Shown one piece after another: positions 30,535 to 39,262 of a stretch of DNA of 61,943 bases. Position 1 is the stretch's first letter. Every line of letters begins with the position of its first letter. The stretch is from Candidatus Heimdallarchaeota archaeon. GTDB lineage: Archaea; Asgardarchaeota; Heimdallarchaeia; Heimdallarchaeales; Heimdallarchaeaceae. The position numbers and the translations under genes were made by a program. Under the pieces are notes generated by a model. It saw only the letters and a program-made list of their open reading frames with translations. It ran no database searches and was not told the DNA's origin. The stretch lies in NCBI GenBank assembly GCA_019057375.1, contig DXJF01000159.1:1-61943 (forward strand), written 5' to 3'.

Positions 30535-31134
30535 TTATTTCTTCTTTGCATAAACCCAATATTGCAACTCATCCCCTCTATCTAGAATTTCATCAAAAAG
30601 AATCTCAAATTCTGCTTCTTTAACTAAAGAAAGTGTCTTTTCAGGAGGATAATTACTCCAGAACATTTCTTCTCCCAAGAATTCATTAGTATCATCTCCC
30701 CCTAAGTGTCCGACACAGAAGAAAAGAATACCATTTTGTTTAAGCATTCGATGAAAGTTCTTCAGAATAGAGAAATGTTTCTCTTTTGGAACATGAAAGA
30801 GTGAATAAACAGCTGTTATGCAATGAAAAGCATTATCAGGAAAAGCCAAATCATTCATATCATATTGAAAAAATTCAGCTTTAGGAACATTTTGTTTTGC
30901 TAATCCCACCATTTTTTCTGAGATATCAATTCCAGTTACTGAAAAATCATGATCAACAAAAAATCTTGCTACAGGAATTCCTACTCCACAACCAACATCA
31001 AGGATTTTAGCATTTCTAGGAAGAAGTGTTATAAGATACTCTAACTCTTGAAGATTATCAAAAATACTTCTGAATCCTTTGAACTTGGGAGCAATCTCAT
31101 TGTACCCATTTCTTACCATTTCTTCTTTTTTCAT
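30535..31134 (-). CDS. Class I SAM-dependent methyltransferase
   Basis: ILDVGCGVG, GIDISEKM, YSLFH. Confidence 0.9.
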   Translation of the reverse strand: MKKEEMVRNGYNEIAPKFKGFRSIFDNLQELEYLITLLPRNAKILDVGCGVGIPVARFFVDHDFSVTGIDISEKMVGLAKQNVPKAEFFQYDMNDLAFPDNAFHCITAVYSLFHVPKEKHFSILKNFHRMLKQNGILFFCVGHLGGDDTNEFLGEEMFWSNYPPEKTLSLVKEAEFEILFDEILDRGDELQYWVYAKKK

Positions 31135-31264
31135 CTTAAATCCTATTAGGTTCGATTTGTATACTACATATAAAAATTATCTTTAAGTTTCTAAGAAAGA
31201 AAGATAAAATCTAAAACATCTCCTAAATACTCTGTCAGGCGATATAATAGAGAAAGGATTGTTT

Positions 31265-31717
31265 TTAGTCTTTACCTTCCTTAACTGGTCCCCCACATTC
31301 TGGACATTTAGAATCACTTCTAGTAGCTTTAAAACCGCAATAAACGCAATAGTAAGGTTGGGTCTTCTTACTCGCTCTACCAGAGTAAGAGGAGGTTGTG
31401 TATGGAACTCTAGCAACATCAGTTAGAGAAGTAACAGACGAATCTACACCTCTTCGACCTTTGACAGCACTAATTATGGCACCAGTAATTATGATTACAA
31501 ATATTGAACCAACCATTGAACCGAATACTGCTCCACCTATACCTGCTAGCCTAAAACCTAGATCAAAATTGTTTTTGGTTACTATTACAGCAGAAAAGAA
31601 AATAGCAATAGAACTAAAAAATAAACTTGCTTCTAGAACGACAATTGCTAAAGACCACTTGTTTTTGAAGCGTTTCTTTTTAACCACATCACCATTCATC
31701 AATTCCGAAGTCATCAA
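31265..31717 (-). CDS. Two-TM membrane protein with C-terminal zinc ribbon
   Basis: Two hydrophobic helices; CVYCG...CPECG. Confidence 0.65.
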   Translation of the reverse strand: MMTSELMNGDVVKKKRFKNKWSLAIVVLEASLFFSSIAIFFSAVIVTKNNFDLGFRLAGIGGAVFGSMVGSIFVIIITGAIISAVKGRRGVDSSVTSLTDVARVPYTTSSYSGRASKKTQPYYCVYCGFKATRSDSKCPECGGPVKEGKD

Positions 31718-31918
31718 AAAGAACAGTACTAATAGTATTATTAAAATTTAGTGAACGAAATCAAGATGATTTATCAGAGTTTCAATACCGCAATATTGAC
31801 AAAATATTTGAATATTCTAAGGATTTTTTTTGGAAGAAAACGATTTTAAAACAGATTTGTGTACTTTGAAAGATGTAACCAAATTGTATTTACTCATAGC
31901 ATATAGATATCTAAATTC

Positions 31919-33187
31919 CTAGTTCGTACTCTTTGATTTCAGTTTTCTTTTCAAAATAAGATAAACCATTAGACCAACTATAAATAAAGAACTAACAGTA
32001 ATAGATAGATAAACTGATGTAGGCAAATCAGTGTTTCTCCAGTCTTTATTTTGATTAAGAGTGTAATAGGTTTTCATAAAAGATTCTAATGTTAGTCCAG
32101 TAATCAACAAACTTTCTATATCGATGTTGCTTAAGTCATCAGAATGAGTGTGATGATAAGTCCAATCGCCTTCTACAAAATCGATAATCAAATCAATTAC
32201 AGATATTCCAAAATTATCAAAAGCCACATGGTCATCTGTGATAGCCATCACCTTAGGTCTGCTTGGAAATACCTCATAATATCCCAGCTTCACGCCTTCA
32301 TCAAAGATGCTATCATGTAATGCTTCATCTGATCGTGACTCTTTGATAAATTGAAGGTTGCTTCCACCGACCATGTCTAGAAGTATGAAACACTCAAATA
32401 TTTCTGCTGATGAATTATAATAATTGTCTATTTCATTAACAAATGCTAACGAACCTTCTACCCAATACCACCCTTCTAATCCATACAATCCTCTTGAATA
32501 ACCTTGATCTTCTGCATCAATAAAAAGGAACCAAACCTGACAGTCTAACTCATCTTTGTAAGCATATAATACTCTAGCTAATTCCATTAATACAGCTACA
32601 CCTGATCCACCATCATTTGCTCCAGGAATTGGTGACCTTTGATTTTCGGTATCCTTCTCTGCAACATTTCTTGAATCCCAATGAGCTCCGAAAATGACAA
32701 TATTCTCTTTTGTTGGGTTAATTTTTCCTAATATGTTCTGGCATTGATAACTTGGTTCACTATATTTTTGTATTGTGAAATTGTGAGTCATTATATTGTC
32801 TGTAATATCAACTAGCTCTTCTCTAATCCAATCAGCACATTCACCATGTGAGAGAGTTCCTGGAACTCTGGGACCAAAGTTTAATTGTGTTTCAATATAA
32901 TTATAAGCAGTTGTTTCATTAAAAAAAAGCGTTCTTGCAGCTGAAGTTTCAAATAAGCTATCATTGCTACTCAGTTTTACATTAGATTGTGAAATGAAAC
33001 CTTCTATATTCAATCCAAGAAAAACAATTGATATAAACAGAGCTCTAAGAATCTTTTTGGATTTAGGTTTCACAATCAATAAAGAAGAATAACAAATTAT
33101 TAACTTTTGTAAAGGATAATATAAGTTCCAGTTTCTTTGAAAGCATTTACATAATAGTTCTTTTTTTTGTATGCCTTTGCTAAACAA
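31919..33187 (-). CDS. Secreted M28 family peptidase (glutaminyl-cyclase-like), C-terminal anchor; true start possibly GTG 33073
   Basis: GAHWDSR, GANDGGSG, DAED, LLDMVG, DDH, HHT. Confidence 0.85.
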   Translation of the reverse strand: MFSKGIQKKELLCKCFQRNWNLYYPLQKLIICYSSLLIVKPKSKKILRALFISIVFLGLNIEGFISQSNVKLSSNDSLFETSAARTLFFNETTAYNYIETQLNFGPRVPGTLSHGECADWIREELVDITDNIMTHNFTIQKYSEPSYQCQNILGKINPTKENIVIFGAHWDSRNVAEKDTENQRSPIPGANDGGSGVAVLMELARVLYAYKDELDCQVWFLFIDAEDQGYSRGLYGLEGWYWVEGSLAFVNEIDNYYNSSAEIFECFILLDMVGGSNLQFIKESRSDEALHDSIFDEGVKLGYYEVFPSRPKVMAITDDHVAFDNFGISVIDLIIDFVEGDWTYHHTHSDDLSNIDIESLLITGLTLESFMKTYYTLNQNKDWRNTDLPTSVYLSITVSSLFIVGLMVYLILKRKLKSKSTN

Positions 33188-33317
33188 TACCCTTGGCCAG
33201 TATAATTTACAAAAGGTTATTTTTATTGCTTCTTAGATTGTTTTTTCGATGAAATCTTTATATATTTCTAGAGATTATGAGGAGAATATTCAATAATCAC
33301 ATAATGGAGCTAATCTT

Positions 33318-34412
33318 TTGAAAAACACAGATCATGAAGAATACGTAATTGAACAATTCATAATTGAGAGAGAGAAATTTGATGAGTTATCTAAGCTAAT
33401 CACTCAAGCTTTCCTAAGTGATGAAACTGCATTAACAGAAGGGGCAACTGTTGCATTTTCAGAAGAAACGTTTAACATAATGTATGGAGCTCCTTCTATT
33501 GATAAGGACCTTTTCATCAGAGCTATCCACAAACAAACAGGAGAAATAGTAGGATTCCTAGGTTCAATTCCTAGAAATCTTTCTATTATGGGTGAAGTTT
33601 ACAAATTAGCTGTACCTTCATGGTTATGTGTTCACTCTAAACATCAGAAAAAAGGTTTAGCAAAAGGTATGGGGAAGAAGTTATTTGAAATTGGTCTAGC
33701 CAAAGGTTATGATGGAGGATTTTCTCTTCATGAACCTGAGCAACATGGAATAGATGTTTCTACAGCTGTATCCAGAGAGAAGGATATTCCCTTACAAAGA
33801 GTAGTCACTCTAACTAAATTTGTAATCAAAGCATTTGATGTAGATAAAGTTGCTACTGTGGTTAAACTAAGATGGTATGAAAAGCTAGTATTCAGATTCT
33901 TTGAGAAGATAAAAACTATCAACTCTGACCAAATCAGAAAATGTCAGGATAAAGATATACCAGATATGTTTGAAATCATTCAAGAGCAAGTGAAACGAAA
34001 TCAGCTATCAATAGTTCCAGAGCTGGAGGATTTCAAATGGATGCTCAAGAATCCAAATGTTAATTGTGTTATTCATGAAGATAGCAAAGGTAAAATCAAA
34101 GGATTTATGCTAGCCTGGGAATTTTATCTTGCGGGTTTCGGAAACAAAATTCCTTTTGGATGGTTAGATATGATTCATATACATAGGTTGAACACGAAGG
34201 AAGCTAGTAATTTAGCAAATTATCTGAGTCAAACATCCAAAGAACATGGATGGATAGGACTACAAACTCCATATATTCCTTATTTTGATATGAAACCTTT
34301 GAAAAAAGCAAAATTCTTCTTCTTTGGTAAAAAAATCAACTTAGACCTCTTCAATATGAATAATATATCAATTCCTGAAAAAGTTGAATCTTTTTATTTT
34401 GATTGGAGATAA
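33318..34412 (+). CDS. Tandem-GNAT acyltransferase colinear with eukaryotic N-myristoyltransferase (NMT-like)
   Basis: IVGFLGSIPRNLSI, WLCVHSK, IRKCQDKDIP, KF-x10-LFN, EKV; TTG start with GGAG upstream. Confidence 0.7.
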   Translation: MKNTDHEEYVIEQFIIEREKFDELSKLITQAFLSDETALTEGATVAFSEETFNIMYGAPSIDKDLFIRAIHKQTGEIVGFLGSIPRNLSIMGEVYKLAVPSWLCVHSKHQKKGLAKGMGKKLFEIGLAKGYDGGFSLHEPEQHGIDVSTAVSREKDIPLQRVVTLTKFVIKAFDVDKVATVVKLRWYEKLVFRFFEKIKTINSDQIRKCQDKDIPDMFEIIQEQVKRNQLSIVPELEDFKWMLKNPNVNCVIHEDSKGKIKGFMLAWEFYLAGFGNKIPFGWLDMIHIHRLNTKEASNLANYLSQTSKEHGWIGLQTPYIPYFDMKPLKKAKFFFFGKKINLDLFNMNNISIPEKVESFYFDWR

Positions 34413-34414
34413 AA

Positions 34415-34978
34415 ATGAAACAAAAAGAGGCTTTAATACAAGAATTAGAAGTTGTTGACATAAATTTTCTAATGTCACTTAAGAATATAGATGCAAGGAT
34501 TGTTACCAAACAAAAACAAAAGGATGCAAATCATATAGCATGGATTGTAGGACATTGTGTATCACACATGGACTATTATTTATCATATCATACTGGTAAT
34601 AAAATTCTATCATCAGATGAAAGAGAGTACTATGCATATGGAGTTTCAAAAGACCATGTTGTTGAATATCCATTTTCATTTCAAAAATTGATAGATAACT
34701 ACTTAAAAATTTCTTCAGACTATTTTCGAATACTAGAGAAACTTCCAGTTGAAGAGTTTGACAAAATACCACATGAAAATCAAAGTGAGAAATTATCTGA
34801 TCTGGTTCATAGAATTTCCTTACACATAATGGGGCATACAGGTCAAATCGTTCTATTAAGAAGAATGTTTAACAATCCTTTTTGGGATTTTGTGGGAGGA
34901 GTTTCAGAGTCTCAAAGAAATGAATTACGCCAAGGTTGGTTAGATTGGTGGAAAAAAAACAAGAAAGAATATATTTAA
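34415..34978 (+). CDS. DinB/YfiT family metal-binding protein
   Basis: HIAWIVGHC, HIMGHTGQI; starts 2 nt after the NMT-like stop. Confidence 0.8.
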   Translation: MKQKEALIQELEVVDINFLMSLKNIDARIVTKQKQKDANHIAWIVGHCVSHMDYYLSYHTGNKILSSDEREYYAYGVSKDHVVEYPFSFQKLIDNYLKISSDYFRILEKLPVEEFDKIPHENQSEKLSDLVHRISLHIMGHTGQIVLLRRMFNNPFWDFVGGVSESQRNELRQGWLDWWKKNKKEYI

Positions 34979-36564
34979 ACTTCAGGCCATTTAAGTGCTC
35001 TTCTGAGATTAATGAATCTCTTTAAACACTTTGGGTTTACCTCATCTGATGAAGCATAGTTGACATTCATAGAATCTAGAATTTGATTGAATTTTTCTAG
35101 TCTAAAAATAAATGACTTATAGTTTTTATTCTGTTTTAACGACCATGCAGTTTCAGCTACAGCAGCGAGTCTGGGAAAAACTTGCCAGTCTAATCTCGCA
35201 GTATTTGGAACCCATTCGGTCCATATAGGTGCTTCAACACCTTTTATTTGTTCATGATTCTCTTTTTTCAATTTCCGAGGAATTGGTTCAAAATTGTAAG
35301 TTTTCCTAAGGGGTGTTACGAAGTAATTATAATCGAGATAATAACGAAAGAAATTCGAGACAACAATTTCTCCACCTTTTCTTATATGTTTAAGCACTTG
35401 TTTCTTACCTGTTGGAGCCCAGTATTGTCCGATTACATCAACATCTGTTTTTTCATCCAAAATCTCATTCCACCCAATTGTTCTCCTTCCGTTAGATTTT
35501 AGATAATCACTTATTCTTTCTGTAAAATAGGAATGTAGTTCATTGTGCTTTTCTAAACCTTCTTCTTCCATTCTCCCTTTACAATCAGAACAACTTTTCC
35601 AGTTTTTCTTTGGAACCTCATCTCCGCCAATGTGTATAATCTCTGAAGGAAACAGATCTAGTACTTCATCTAAAATATTTATTAAAAACTCAAATGTAAT
35701 CTCTTTTCCTGGACAAAACACATCTGAAAAAATACCAAACTTTATTGGTACTTCGATTTTCTCCTCTTTGCAGCTTACTTCAGGATAGGAAGCAATTGCA
35801 GCTGAAGAATGTCCAGGCATTTCTATTTCTGGAACAATTGTTATGAATCGCTCTTTTGCATATTGAACAATCTCTTTAACTTGTTCTTGCGTATAGAAAC
35901 CTTCATGTGGTTGTCCACGGTATTTTTTACTTGTCCAACCACCAATTTTTGAATCCTTTCTTCTTGAACCTATTTCTGTAAGTTGTGGATATTTCTTGAT
36001 TTCAATTCTCCATCCTTGATCTTCTGTTAGATGCCAATGAAACACATTCATCTTCAATAAGGAAATCAAATCTAAGACACGTTTTATCACGTCTATGCTG
36101 TGAAAATGCCTTCCAACATCAAACATAAATCCTCGCCAAGTAAAGCGCGGAAAATCTTCTATAATTAAACACGGAATTTCCCAAGTAAATTCCCGATTTA
36201 AGACAGATATATCACCATCTCGAGGTAGTAATTGTTTTATTGTTTGAATTCCATAAAAAATACCTGCTTCTCCAGATGAACGAACATCTATGTGTTCATC
36301 TGTTATTATAAGTTCATATCCTTCAGGTCCTAGTTTAGTTAGAGTGTCATCAAGCTTAAAGTTGATTGAATTCTCTATTAAATACTCTTTAGATGATTTT
36401 ATTGTCACTCCAAAATTCTCTGAGAAATATGATATGAAATAGTGTTTTAGATTCGCAACTGATTCAGCTGAGTGAATTTTGGTATTTTTGCTGAGAACAA
36501 ATTTACCATCTTTGAGGTTTAGATTTACAGGTATTGGAATCATTAAATTATCATATTGAATCAT
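34975..36564 (-). CDS. GH20 beta-N-acetylhexosaminidase (no signal peptide)
   Basis: DFPRFTWRG, DVGRHF, HWHLTEDQGWR, PEIEMPGH, HIGGDE, WTEW, FPRL. Confidence 0.95.
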   Translation of the reverse strand: MIQYDNLMIPIPVNLNLKDGKFVLSKNTKIHSAESVANLKHYFISYFSENFGVTIKSSKEYLIENSINFKLDDTLTKLGPEGYELIITDEHIDVRSSGEAGIFYGIQTIKQLLPRDGDISVLNREFTWEIPCLIIEDFPRFTWRGFMFDVGRHFHSIDVIKRVLDLISLLKMNVFHWHLTEDQGWRIEIKKYPQLTEIGSRRKDSKIGGWTSKKYRGQPHEGFYTQEQVKEIVQYAKERFITIVPEIEMPGHSSAAIASYPEVSCKEEKIEVPIKFGIFSDVFCPGKEITFEFLINILDEVLDLFPSEIIHIGGDEVPKKNWKSCSDCKGRMEEEGLEKHNELHSYFTERISDYLKSNGRRTIGWNEILDEKTDVDVIGQYWAPTGKKQVLKHIRKGGEIVVSNFFRYYLDYNYFVTPLRKTYNFEPIPRKLKKENHEQIKGVEAPIWTEWVPNTARLDWQVFPRLAAVAETAWSLKQNKNYKSFIFRLEKFNQILDSMNVNYASSDEVNPKCLKRFINLRRALKWPEV

Positions 36565-36672
36565 TCATAAAAAGTTTTGTTAGTGAATATTATATAAACT
36601 CCCATCTAAATATGATTTTGATTTCCCAGTGTTTTTATATGAGAAATCTCTATTTCTCTTTGTGAGAATACT

Positions 36673-37041
36673 ATGGCTCGAAGAAGAAGACCAATGCGTA
36701 GACCAATGCGTAGACCATTAAAGGATCTAATGAGAGGACCAATCAGACGAGGGATGAATCGACGTCAGAGGAGAATATTTCGACGACAAAGAAGAATGAT
36801 TAGAAGAACAAGAAGGTTCATTTTCGGTTCTGTGATAATTCTCGCTCTTGCAAATAGCAGACATAATTACAAGTTTCATCAAGAGGATGTAGCTCGTATT
36901 GAAAGCTATTATGGAAGACCAGCTGAAGATTTAACTGATGTAGAACTTATTCAAGCAATGAGGAAATTAGGAATTAATCATCTAGACATTAATGACCATG
37001 AGAATGACAAAATTATTGATGATATTGGAGAAGAGTATTAA
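36673..37041 (+). CDS. Hypothetical protein with extremely Arg-rich N-terminus
   Basis: 23 Arg in the first 50 aa, then a hydrophobic stretch and an acidic helical domain. Confidence 0.7.
   Translation: MARRRRPMRRPMRRPLKDLMRGPIRRGMNRRQRRIFRRQRRMIRRTRRFIFGSVIILALANSRHNYKFHQEDVARIESYYGRPAEDLTDVELIQAMRKLGINHLDINDHENDKIIDDIGEEY
36688..36717 (+). repeat. In-frame 12-bp tandem repeat (AGACCAATGCGT x2.5, encoding RPMR)
   Basis: Direct reading of sequence. Confidence 0.9.
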
Positions 37042-37187
37042 TCATTCTTTTAATGAAGATTCACAAAACAAAAATGGAATCTGCTTCTCTTTCTAATTCA
37101 AATTTTAAACTAACATCAATATTCATTGGTGATTTGGATGCTTCTAGGATATCTAGTTAACGAAAAAAAAGGGAAGGAAAAAAGCGA

Positions 37188-39203
37188 TTAGAATGAGATT
37201 CTAATCCAATATGCAGGATGGTCTGATTGCTCTGTTAGGATATATCTTGCATCTAAAACAGTCGTTCCAGAACTAACAAAAATATGGTCAATTCTATCTG
37301 AACTATTGAATGAATTATCATCTAATCCAGAAGGCCATTTAAGATACCAGCTGTCATTGAGTACTGCTGTAGTTAAGCTATATTGTACAGAATCTTTTCT
37401 GAAATTAAAATCACCCATAAAAATAACATTGCTTAATCCATCTACTCTTGTTAGCATCTCTTCTTGTTGAAGAATCATTGTACTTGATGCACCAGAGGGA
37501 TGATTAACAAAAACATTGTAAACGGTTGAATCTAATGTTACTTCTGCTTGAGCTGAACCAATTTGTTCTTCATCACTGAACATAAAGAATGACATTTCAT
37601 TAGATATAGGGAATTTAGAAAGGATTGCGCATCCATACGTGTTAGTAACAGTATTTGGACCATAATATGAATACATATTTAGTTTTTCTGCGAAATATCT
37701 CACAACGTCCAGATTTCCTCCAGATATCCTTGTAGGATCACATTCCTGTAAACCTAGAATGTCGGGGTCAACTTGCCTTATCAGCTCAATTTGGCTATCA
37801 AAATTCCTATCTCCTGTAACATTTCTTCCTTGTTGAATATTGAATGTCATTATAACCAGATCTCCATCTGGTGTATAGTTTGGATAAGGTTTTGTCACAA
37901 GTGTACCTACTAATGTTCCTAGGAAAATTGTACTAAGCAGTACTATTACACTCATATTTCTTCTTTTATTTGTGTATAGTTTACCTAAATCAAACGAGCT
38001 TTTCTTAATCAATAGAATGGATAAAGTCAGTATTAAACCAGGTAAAAAGAAAGCTAACCAATACTTATCTCTAAATCCTGTACTAATCGGTTCAAGGTAA
38101 CCCCAATTATTGGGTAATATTTGAACAAAAATCATTACAATGATATAGAGACTACCAGCTAATGCGAAACTACCACCCATTTTTCTAGTGGAGGGTTTTA
38201 TCTTGATTATTTCTCTAGTTAGAAGCATAAAGTTAACATAGATTATTGGTGATAGAAGAATCATTATAGCTAGCGGTATGTGATAGTACCAAGCAGTTTG
38301 TGGAGCAACTATAGGATATAAAGCAGATTCGTCGGGAAAGCTCAGTTGATGAACAAGAACAGTTAGGAAAAGAGACATAGCAAATACACCATTCCATAAC
38401 CAAAGCATCCATGTTTTCAATTTGCTTAACAAATCTGGTTTAAGCATTTGTCCTATTACAAACAAAGATAAGACTCCAAGTATGCCTAGAGTTATTCCAA
38501 TATAATTTCCTTCTGTCCATCTAGAAATTACCGTAGGACTAGCAAAAGTAAACCAAATAATAATGAAAACGCTTACAAGTCCAGAAGTTAAAGCAAGGAT
38601 TTTACCAAAACCACTTCCTTTTGAAGACTCTTTGATTTCTTCTTGAGTTTCCTTCTGTCCTTCACTTTTGAATTTCATCCCAAATAGCATAATTCCTGCA
38701 ATTATACCGAAAATCCAACCAATCACTTGATACCAACTATACATCGATATGTCAAGAGAGGAATTTAAAGATCTAAGCAAAATGGATAATGCGACAGCAA
38801 TTGCAAGTGATAGTCCAAGAGTTGTACTCGTTTTCTTCTCTTCATTTTTCATCCTTGTTAAATAAATTGGAAAGAAAACTAAGAAACATCCAACTGCTAA
38901 ACCTGAAGTAACCAAAATTCCTTGTCTTTTTAGTAATGGATCTAGTAATCTAGATAAAATTATTAATTCCCCTAGTATAACTAATATCTTATCTGGCAGC
39001 CTTTTACGGAAGAATAAAAGCACAACAGGAGTAATAAGAAATACCAATCCTAAAATGTTCTCATCAGGTTCTAGGTTTAAGAGGGCAAAACCATAAATTG
39101 TTTCAACTAAATCAGAAAGCGCTTGAAAGAAGAATAAGAACAAGATTGCAAACATAATTAACTCGGAATAGAATTTCTTGATATTATCCCTAATACTTGT
39201 CAT
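37188..39203 (-). CDS. Polytopic membrane protein with C-terminal EEP domain, Cwh43/PGAP2IP-like
   Basis: About a dozen or more TM helices; TFNIQQG, GLQECD, GNLDV, LNMYSYYGP, TYGCAILSKFPI, GDFN, RIDHIF, SDH. Confidence 0.8.
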   Translation of the reverse strand: MTSIRDNIKKFYSELIMFAILFLFFFQALSDLVETIYGFALLNLEPDENILGLVFLITPVVLLFFRKRLPDKILVILGELIILSRLLDPLLKRQGILVTSGLAVGCFLVFFPIYLTRMKNEEKKTSTTLGLSLAIAVALSILLRSLNSSLDISMYSWYQVIGWIFGIIAGIMLFGMKFKSEGQKETQEEIKESSKGSGFGKILALTSGLVSVFIIIWFTFASPTVISRWTEGNYIGITLGILGVLSLFVIGQMLKPDLLSKLKTWMLWLWNGVFAMSLFLTVLVHQLSFPDESALYPIVAPQTAWYYHIPLAIMILLSPIIYVNFMLLTREIIKIKPSTRKMGGSFALAGSLYIIVMIFVQILPNNWGYLEPISTGFRDKYWLAFFLPGLILTLSILLIKKSSFDLGKLYTNKRRNMSVIVLLSTIFLGTLVGTLVTKPYPNYTPDGDLVIMTFNIQQGRNVTGDRNFDSQIELIRQVDPDILGLQECDPTRISGGNLDVVRYFAEKLNMYSYYGPNTVTNTYGCAILSKFPISNEMSFFMFSDEEQIGSAQAEVTLDSTVYNVFVNHPSGASSTMILQQEEMLTRVDGLSNVIFMGDFNFRKDSVQYSLTTAVLNDSWYLKWPSGLDDNSFNSSDRIDHIFVSSGTTVLDARYILTEQSDHPAYWIRISF

Positions 39204-39262
39204 AAAGATTTATTTTTTTTAGCTTCTTTAAAAGATTATTCAGTCTTATTAAACCTGTTTAA

